A stretch of 30,659 bases of DNA from Octopus sinensis. Lineage: Eukaryota. A program made the position numbers and the translations under genes. The DNA lies in the NCBI RefSeq assembly GCF_006345805.1, contig NW_021832522.1:1-30659 (forward strand), given 5' to 3'. Under the pieces are notes generated by a model. The model saw nothing but the letters and a program-made list of their open reading frames with translations, did not search any database and was not told the origin of the DNA. This document shows positions 22,678 through 30,659 of this stretch, one piece after another; positions within the stretch are counted from its first letter, which is position 1; the number at the start of each line of letters is the position of its first letter.

Positions 22678-23334
22678 GTCTAGAGAATGAAATTATTGGA
22701 ACTTAATTAATTATTTTAATTTTCATTCAAAAATTACTACATAAATTTGTTTATCCGAATACAGCATCGAAGCTCGAGAGAGATCAATTCCTAGTTTGTG
22801 GAATTTCTGCGTTGTGACTATCTGTGTTTCCATACGACTTTTACATAGAAATATGATTTGTCTACTCTGGAAAAAATTCTATCAAATCAATCAGGAACAG
22901 TAGTTTTGTGGAGTCGTTAGAAAGATTATTGATCTGAGATTTTCCTCCGGTCAAACTTAGCCTAATCAACCTCCTGGGAGTACTGCTTAAGTGTTCTTTA
23001 ATAGAGTGGCCATACTCTTTTTTATGTTACGAAGAATAAAGTTCCTCTTTCCTTTTAATAGGGCTGTCTCAAAACTTTGTGTGTTCTTGATACTGAGTTT
23101 ATTTGTTTATTGTATAGATTATCGTCTTCTTGAGACACCTTTCAACAGAGACCTGATAATAGTCCTAACCCCAACATTTATTAGATAAACATGTTTTTTA
23201 AACAGTTTCTAAATTAATGTAAAAACAAAACTACTACAATTTTTAATCTATTTTCTGTTAAAAATATTCATCAAATGAAAATAAAACAATCAGACACAAA
23301 TAAAATACCAAACAATTTTTAAGAAGTGCTTTTC

Positions 23335-24960
23335 CACACTTTTATAGGAAGTGCGATACACCGTCGGGTATTTGCCCGTTGTCTCTTGAGAGGCCCGGTG
23401 GTTCGAGATGCGAGGAGACTCCAGAGGCCTCGAGGGCATTCTTGACAATGTTGTTCAGCCCCGAATGGCGTGGGAGTCGGCCTGCACTCACCGGCAAGAC
23501 AGAGGGTGGAGGCCCTTTACGTTGACGTTATCCCCGCATCGGCATTCGTAAGGAGTGCAGATTTTTAAGCCGAGTCGGAGAGAAATTCTGATTCTTAAGC
23601 ATTCTGGGTCTAGCAAGTTTCCTGCTGCAGGAGAGGGATAGACGTTAATCCAAGCGCCCGTACGTGGAGATGCTCCTGAAAACGGAAACAAGGTGAAGTA
23701 CGGAGTGGGTACTCCAACAGCAATTAGGCGAACACCGCTGTCTTTTTTTAAAAAAAAGAAACAGGTGGGCTGAGAAAGAGTCTACGAGCAAAAGCAGACA
23801 ATCTGAGAGAAAAAGGTTGTTGACTAATGCCGTGATCAAGTAATGAACAGCGGGCCTGTTGGGCCAATTACGGAGGAAATTAGACTGCAAAGGTGACTTG
23901 GGCGTAGGTCCTCAATCCCTGCACTGCTGCTAGGCGAAAAGGATTTAAGAGCGCGGCTGCCCACATTTTTCGTGGATTTCTAAGGGAAGTGCGTAGCTTC
24001 GATAGCTAGAAATGGCCCGAGGTTGGAGGTGCTGGATGGTGTTTGGTCTTCAAAGTGTTAATTACATGTTTGGTCGATGGGAGTATGCCGCTATTGGAGG
24101 CCAGAACTCTCACGGGTGCTCAGGTGTCGCCCTCGATTAATTTTGACATGATGTGGGACCCAAGAGAGTTGGAATCGAGGACTGTAGTGCCGGCGACTTC
24201 GACATGGCTTGCAAGAATCGAGCTGAGAAAATCGTCCTTGGCAAATTGATTCATACAAACCGAGATGTTGTTTTTTACGCCTGTGGCAAGAGAGCGATCT
24301 GATTTCACGTATTCTAGACTAAAACTAAGTGCCAAAAAAGGAAATAGGATGATTTGGACCCAAGCGGATTAGGATAGAGACAAAAAGATGTCATTTATTA
24401 GAAAGGCCAAAAATTCGAAAGCAAGCGGCCTTAAGGATTTTCACGAGCACAAAGCGGCTGCGGCGGAGAAGGAAAATGCAGGAAGGACGTCTTCTGCGGA
24501 GAATTTGTCCGGGCAAATAGCGTCCGCAAGGGGTTTCCGTGATGGAACTTTTGGGTTTCAGAGGGGCTGAAATAGGCAAGAAGGACAGGACCAGCATTTT
24601 AGTGCCAGTGCCTTACGTTTACAAATGTTTGGCCAGTACAAGTGGAAATACTTGTTACAGGAGAAGCAGCGAAGTGCGTTATTTATGAGAGCTGAAGACA
24701 GACAGTCCTTGTTAAGCGTAGATTCACGGAGGAAACTGCAGGGTGGTTGTGATGTTTTGGGTGTCATATAAATAAGAGAAAACAGAATGAATGAAAAGAG
24801 GTGAAAGGATAAGTGGAAACGAGGGTGAATTGAAAAGAGTAAGAAAGAAAAAAAAAGATGGATAAAAAGGGAAAAAGGATCAAAGGGATGATAACAACTG
24901 AGCAAAGATGCTACAAAAAGACAAAGACCAAAAATACAAGAATCAAGACACCACAACTAC
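23335..24960 (-). mobile_element. CRE-clade retrotransposon with its 5' region present and RT core deleted
   Basis: The minus strand reads a PHD-like CFSCNKYFH...CWSCPSC, then KLIEGD..VRVLAS, SAGIEDLRPSHL and GVRLIAVG. It then jumps to GAWINVYPS..LLD, the zinc knuckle CRCG..GLHPLSC and LEPPGLSRDNGQIPDG. The 5' UTR is pyrimidine-rich. Confidence 0.87.
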
Positions 24961-25035
24961 AAAGAATTTAATAAAATAAGACACCCAAAAACCAAAATCC
25001 CCAAACGATATTAGTAGATGTTAGTATAAAATCAA

Positions 25036-26757
25036 TTAAGAATACTTGGAAATAAACTCCAAATGGAAACGTCTGATTTTTTCAAGCATACCCGGCAAGA
25101 CTTGGATATCTTGCAGAATCGTAGTTCGGAAATGGTAAGTTCCCTCCTTCTGACAGAACCCAGTCCCGGGAACCAGGCAAACTCCAACGTTTTTCAACAT
25201 TTCAAAACAGTAAAATCCATCAGGACTAAGATTTCGTTTCTATTTTAAAACTATCAAAATGCCAACCTCTGCTTCTTTGACGAGTTTATCCGGAAGGTAT
25301 ATCTGCGGGAAAGAATACATTGCCCCCTTTAACTCAACACAAGACATATGCTCCATGGATTGAAATGATTTAGTCACCAAAATAGACTTTTCCTTCAGCT
25401 CGTTCAACACTTTCTCCTTTTCCTGCGAGAACAATTCATATGAAGGCTCTCCTGGAGTGGGAGGGTTGACCATTGCGTCAACAACCACCTAGAAAAAACT
25501 CAATCACAAAAACCTGTCCAAACACAGTACAACACAGTCGAGCCGTGAATGACTTGTGGATCTGAAAAGCCACCTCCGGGTCAACATTGAACATTTCAAA
25601 ATATCCTCCACGTGCCCCACATCTGTAAAGTTAAACACAAATATTGAACTCTCCCATGTATCCCTTAGACACGGACATGAAGGAAAAGAGTTCGACGGAA
25701 CTGTACTCGGGACCCATTTCACAAAGCACTTTTTTGAACGACCAAAACTTTGCATTTTGTGCGTACACGTTATGTTGGTAGACCTTTTCGGTGAAGCGAA
25801 AATTGAACCTCGTCAGCAAGAATGGCCAAATTGTGTCTCCTGGCAAACTCAATGATGAGTTCAATATTCTCTTTCTCGAGGACCGACCCAGTGGGGTTTC
25901 CAGGATTGATTACGACAATAGCACGTGGAGAACACTCCTTTTTTGAGTCGGCAATGGATCTCTCAAGTTCTTGAAGTGTAAGCGACCAGTCTTTCTCTTC
26001 GTTTAAGTAGTAGTTTATTTGATTAAGATTGAGTTCTGTGAGTGTGGCACTGTACAGAGGGTACTGAGGGATTGGAATCATCACCCCCGACCGAGGACCC
26101 TCTTCTGATATGAACATACTCAACACAGTCTTGCTTTAGTCCGTGAATATACCTTAATTCCATCGCTTGCTCCGTTTGTGAGGATAATGTTGCCAAAGTC
26201 TGAGGGATGCCCGTCTCTATTTTCAATGTATTGGGCCACATGACGTCGAATTATTTCAATTCCTGGACTTGGGCTGTATGAGCCTAGGAATGTTCATTTT
26301 TTGAATATTTTTGCCTATGCTTGAACCGCCACAGCCCGACAGGATGGCCTGTGCCCGTTCAACCACGTCGGAGGGGAAAATGCCGGATTTCAAAAGACCA
26401 GAAGGATAAGAACAGGCGGCGGACAACTACACAGATTGGACTAATTAGGTTACCTGTCTTATAAAGGAAATTGGTTTTTGACCACATGCATGACAGTCTC
26501 CGACATTGGCCATCATTACAGTGTCGAAAGGATGAGTTTTCCCCTTAAAATTATATCTTGTGATAACTTGTTTAAGTTCAGATGTGAGTTCATTTGCCAG
26601 AGTGACAATCGGTCCACGGACGGCATATTCCATTTTTCGAGCGTGGGGATTCATGTTATTAATTGTCAGGGACTTGTATCGTTGCGGAGTAAATTTCCTT
26701 TTTATAAAAAAAGAATAAAAACCATCGAATAATATTGCAAGTGAAAGATCGTGACAT
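25036..26757 (-). CDS. GPT2: Alanine aminotransferase (GPT/GPT2-like, probably mitochondrial), multi-exon
   Basis: The spliced frame contains [87 protein letters not shown] and ends EFISKYS*. The inferred start at 26757 gives an R/S-rich presequence-like N-terminus. GPT versus GPT2 orthology is not resolvable. Confidence 0.92.
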
Positions 26758-26835
26758 TACAGGCGTAATTTATATTTTTTTAATATTTTTAATTAATACA
26801 AAAATATATTCTAATTAAATAATACAAAAATAAAA

Positions 26836-27360
26836 ATCGCCTTGGAGTCTTCCGGGATCTTCGGCCCCAAGACACTTCGCTTCCTTCGCTCGCTTGGTCG
26901 ACGGATTTCTAGGACAAATCAGAGAGTCATTTTGGCTCCTGGAATGTCTGTCGATTGCTATGATCCGAGGACTTCGCCATTCAAAGGCAGGCCGGGTGTT
27001 TCATAAGGCCATTAATTAGTTTAGCTATCTTTTTTTTACCTATATAACGGTTTCTTCATTCTCAGAAGCAATTCCTGTTTCTTGCAAATGGATCTACTCC
27101 CTGCATACGACGTCATTCTGAAAAAAGCTGCTGAATCCGTCCTCAAAGTCCACCTCGATGTTCCGGGATGGGCCCAATGCTCGCTTCCGCTAAAATTCGG
27201 AGGTGCGGGAATCCGTACTGCATCCGATTTAGCACTCCTGGCATATCTATCCTCCCTTTCAATGTACCTGGCCTCGGAGATCCTACTCAAACCTTTCGGA
27301 TCTTGATGGACGGTGCTTTGTCGAATGGGCTTGCTACCTGGGATTGCTCCTTTTCTGAAA
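26836..27360 (+). mobile_element. Two head-to-tail CRE-clade fragments: a 3' end (~26836-27010), then a post-RT segment (~27040-27360)
   Basis: IALESSGIFGP..RESFWLLECLSIAMIRG is followed by LRSNSCF..YDVIL..WAQCSLPLKFGGAGIR..DLALLAYLSS. Confidence 0.8.
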
Positions 27361-27699
27361 AATTCTAAATATTCCATTAATTTGGTAAATTTTAAATTTT
27401 TGAATATTTTAAATGCCAGAAAACATTCGTTCAGACAATTTAATAAATAGCCTGCGGTCTTCATGGAGCCTTAAAGTGAGTTTTCGTAAATCACTAGCTA
27501 ACTCCAAATATTCATTTTTAGATCTTTTTGGGTAACCCAGTTAAAATCAATAATTTACTGACTGGTTAGTCAAGAATATCGTTCTGCTATTCTTATGTAG
27601 CTATCGTTCTGCTATTCTCTGCTAAACGTAGTTATTCTATTTAAAAGTCGTCGTTATGTTTTGCCACTTTTTAGAGATTTGTGACTTGGAATATCAGCT

Positions 27700-27900
27700 T
27701 TCGTTTAAAAATGTTCTCCGAGACTCCATTAAGGCTAGCTTCCTGAGTAAACGACCTGAAGGGGTTCATGTCTTTCCTGGCCAGACTGGACAAATTTTAG
27801 AACTCCTCAAAGTCTTTTTGTTACCTTTTGATTTCCCACATACCTTGAGGTGTGTCTCCTTCTTTATTAGTGACATACGGCTAAGAAAGAATTATTTGGA
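27700..27900 (-). mobile_element. Possible hAT dimerisation-domain remnant
   Basis: The minus strand reads DTPQGMWEIK...NLSSLARK, resembling the hATC P..WW...FP.LS.LAR motif. Heavily degenerate. Confidence 0.3.
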
Positions 27901-28109
27901 GGCCGCACAAATGGTCATAGCGTCTCACAATTTGGAAAAAGCAGTGAAAGTAGTGATGACCAAGTCAGTAAAGGAAATGGTCAAATTAAATAAAGTCAGT
28001 CAATCATGAATATTGAATAAAGAGCGAGTTGAGTTATGAATGTGATTTGCTGGGTGGTGAATGTCTTGCCTTTCTCATTAGTGTGTCATGTGGACATAAT
28101 AGCACAAAA

Positions 28110-28795
28110 ATCCATTATATGAAATATAAGGGAGTTCCTTTTTCAACAAAACGCAAAGTTGATACAGAATGCAGATCTTTTCAAAAAAAGTGGAAACTGG
28201 AATATTTCTTTGCCGATTTAAATCGGAAACCTACTTGTTTGGTCTGTAGACAAGAAATTTCAGTTGTCAAAGAATATAACATTCGACGACATTACCAAAC
28301 CCACCATGCTCATGAATACAATAATTTGATGGGAAAAATTAGAAAAGAGAAGAAATTGAATTGAAATGTGACTCAGATCTAAAGAATAAATTTACCATGG
28401 TGGGCTTAGACACCTTTTATAAATATCTCTCGTCGAAGTATCCCAACTTAACAGCCTTAGCTGCGAAAATCTTGTCAATGTTTGGAAGTATATTTTGTCA
28501 ATGTATCTATGTGAACAACTTTTTTCTTTAATGAACATGAACAAAACAAAATTTCAATCAAGGCTCACCCACACTCATCTAAGTGAGATTCTAAGATTGA
28601 CGGTAACTGAGGATTTCACTCCAGATATTGACGCTATTATGAAGAAAAAAAGATGTCAAGTTTCTGGAACATATTTTAATTATAAAAATTAATAAATGTG
28701 TTGTTAAATGATTTTAAATTAAAATTATAAATTAAAAATCGTAGTACGAATTTTGTTAAATCAAAAATAAATAGTCTGGCCCGCGGAGCCTAAAA
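28110..28795 (+). mobile_element. Internally deleted SPIN/GTF2IRD2-like hAT remnant
   Basis: The N-terminus KRKVDTECRSFQKKWKLEYFF..CLVC..EYNIRRHY is fused directly to the C-terminus IELKCD..YPNL..ILSMFGS.YLCEQLFS..SRLT. A subterminal GGCCCGCGG lies near 28778; the TIRs were not found. Confidence 0.85.
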
Positions 28796-28809
28796 TTTTT
28801 TTAATTCAT

Positions 28810-29112
28810 CCTCTTCCTGGGGCTAATTCTCGTTATCGTTCCCCTGCCCGTGAGGCAACGAGTACTTCTGGCACGACACAGTTGGAAATGGGGATCTCTT
28901 ACCTTCCGGGTTTAGCGTGGCGTTACGGGGTTTACCATGTCAGTTGGAAATTCCTTCGGATATGGCAACGCTCAGGAGGCACTTAATGCCTACCGAAAAA
29001 GGACTCTTAGCTTCTCAGACCCTGGGACATCGTCGTCTCAGGCCGATCTTGCGGGAACGATTAAACCTTTCAGAAGGATCTCCCTCGTTTGGATCGGCGG
29101 TCACGGGAATAA
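28810..29112 (+). mobile_element. Degenerate CRE-clade RT core fragment
   Basis: Frameshifted remnants resemble the QGDPL, (Y/F)LDDATLGG and LGSP motifs, in the expected order. It is cut by the Merlin insertion. Confidence 0.5.
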
Positions 29113-29120
29113 CTATAATT

Positions 29121-30175
29121 GGTAATCTCCAATTTTAGTCAGGGTATAAATCTCGACGTATAAGCAATAGATTTTAATTATTTTTTCATTTTTTATTAAT
29201 TTAAGTTAATTTTAATGGGATTGTTTAATTTTAAATGGGTTCGTCTATTGTTGATGCTGCTGCAATCAAGTCTGATGAGCAAATAATGTAGGAATATAAC
29301 CGGTTTTCGTCTCTAAACAGGCTCTTCGGCGATAATATAGAAGAGTGTGTAATTTGGTGCGCAGAGAGGCGGTTGATCTCTAACACAATGAAATGCGTTC
29401 GCTGTAAAGTAAGACCTATATTCTCAAAAATAGAGACGCTGTGGTTTATCTAAGTCAAAAAGAAACGTGGACAACGCAATTTGGTTATGCATTCCATGCA
29501 AAACTACATGACGTAATTCATTTAATTTTAATTTTTAGAAGAGTTGATAGTGGAAATCGACGAGTGCAAATTTTTTCACAGAAAGTACCATCGAGGTCAT
29601 TGGCGACCAGGCCATTGGGTATTGGGTGGAATAGACGAGGAAACTAGAAAGTGCTTTTTTGAATAAGTTGCAAATTCTTTTTTCCATTTATCCTTCAGAC
29701 AGGACAGCGGAAACACTCAATGAAGTTATCGTTCGACGCGTACTTCCCGGCACCCATATCATTACTGATGGTTGGGCAGCCTATAGTGGGATTGTGGACA
29801 TTGGAGGAGGGATTTATTCACATTCTGTGATAAATCACTCCGAACATTTTGTTCACCCTTTGGACCGCTCCATCCATACTCAAAATATTGAGAACACATG
29901 GATGCGAGCGAAGAGAAAGCTAAAAAGGCAATTTGGTAAAACTCGTAAATTTATTTTAGGAACATCGCGAGCGTTATTTGAATCTTATTTGGGCGAATTC
30001 ACGTGGCGGACCTCGGTAGTTGATAAAGAGAAGATATTCCAAGAATTTCTGCTCCTAATAGTTAACAATAGACAATCCCATTAAAATTAACTTAAATTAA
30101 TAAAAAATGAAAAAATAATTAAAATCTATTGCTTATACGTCGAGATTTATACCCTGACTAAAATTGGAGATTACC
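29121..30175 (+). mobile_element. Merlin (IS1016/ISXO2-like) DNA transposon, 1055 bp, non-autonomous
   Basis: Perfect 104-bp TIRs begin with GG (29121-29224, 30072-30175). The 8-bp TSD CTATAATT is perfect (29113-29120, 30176-30183). Confidence 0.96.
29235..30084 (+). pseudogene. Merlin DDE transposase pseudogene with micro-introns
   Basis: It has CVRC..W.C..C, VEIDECKF..RKYHRG..WVLGG, IITDGWAAY, HTQNIENTW and SYLGEFTWR. Stops lie at 29289, 29509 and 29664. Introns are 29409-29433, 29513-29538 and 29936-29959. Confidence 0.88.
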
Positions 30176-30221
30176 CTATAATTAACTGGCTTTGCCCGTG
30201 TTTGGTCTTTAAATAATAATA

Positions 30222-30262
30222 CAGTCAACCCTCTCTATAGTGAACCCTCTCTATAGTGAACA
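30222..30262 (+). mobile_element. Orphan pogo/Tigger-like left end with a 16-bp tandem repeat
   Basis: TA|CAGTCAACCCTCTCTATAGTGA, with ACCCTCTCTATAGTGA present twice (30228-30259). It has the same TA-CAGT start as the two complete Tiggers; its partner end is not in the window. Confidence 0.55.
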
Positions 30263-30319
30263 GGCCATATTAATGCAATCTACAATAACAAATATTAGTA
30301 ATTCTCATTAATATATTTA

Positions 30320-30659
30320 TTTTTTTTTTAAATTGACAAATAAATGAACAAAACAATTGTCAGTTAACTAAATTAATCCAGCCGAACGGATTGCTTGCGC
30401 GTTCCCGCGCACGATTGCAAGTGAGATCCTCTGCCTCAACCAAGAGGACTCGCGAGCATCCATCTTCTTCCGAGCGATGAGGATACCGAGGTCTTTTAAG
30501 AAGCATGAGGTCTGCGGACCGGAAGCGCCTGATGTCTCAAGAGCCACAGGCACGAAGGAATGCCGAGTGGCAAGATTCTTGTATTTTTCCACTTTGCGGG
30601 CTTCCGCCACGGCCGCGACCGAGCCGAAAGAAGAAGCAGATGACGGTAGAGCGGATGGG
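30320..30659 (-). mobile_element. 3' end of a CRE-clade retrotransposon that runs off the window edge
   Basis: The frame AEARKVEKYKNL..FVPVALETSG..WLRQRISLAIVRGNA is undisrupted and is followed ~40 nt later by A10. Confidence 0.9.

Noticed and set aside
22690-23330. Possible integrase-like remnant on the minus strand (..LSSFDAVFG) and ORF 22991-23188 on plus
   Set aside because: There are many stops and only a vague motif resemblance, which is not enough to call.
24770-24960. Purine-rich low-complexity tract and the hydrophobic ORF 24558-24956
   Set aside because: The tract is the pyrimidine-rich 5' UTR of the minus-strand CRE element. The F/L/S-rich N-terminus of the ORF is a composition artefact.
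27577-27618. 17-bp direct repeat TATCGTTCTGCTATTCT with a 25-nt period
   Set aside because: It has two copies only and looks like an ordinary local slippage duplication.
27656-28009. 117-aa plus-strand ORF
   Set aside because: No recognisable motif. It overlaps a weak minus-strand hAT remnant and is probably its shadow.

Overview
This window is eukaryotic nuclear DNA, not prokaryotic: it is AT-rich and carries many 20-37 nt GT-AG micro-introns, which is why the ORF track is fragmented. By inference it comes from a compact-genome animal, either a dicyemid or a myxozoan; the sequence cannot settle which. Host genes are a divergent proteasome beta subunit (243-1084, +), RPL41 (2012-2145, +, 25 aa with two introns), an unidentified multi-exon gene (~2436-5249, +), mitochondrial PNPase PNPT1 (5334-8107, +, about 20 micro-introns) and alanine aminotransferase (25036-26757, -). 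Between the convergent 3' ends of PNPT1 and ALT lies a ~16.6 kb transposon island, and more elements follow 26.8 kb. They include an apparently intact Buster-type hAT with TIRs, an 8-bp TSD and a spliced 592-aa transposase, two pogo/Tigger elements (one with a nested hAT), an APE-RT non-LTR element with a 5' inversion, many CRE-clade retroelement fragments, SPIN/GTF2IRD2-like hAT derivatives, and a Merlin element with 104-bp perfect TIRs. Best leads: (1) DNA transposons of three superfamilies carry host-sized micro-introns; (2) one retroelement has a twin-priming structure whose TSD also reads as coding sequence; (3) a templated insertion copied RPL41 upstream DNA into the proteasome gene and duplicated its last splice acceptor; (4) the Merlin TIRs overlap the transposase stop codon, and a diverged duplicate of the TIR inner end supplies the start codon. 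No CRISPR array, rRNA or tRNA was seen. All splice models and protein assignments were made by eye.
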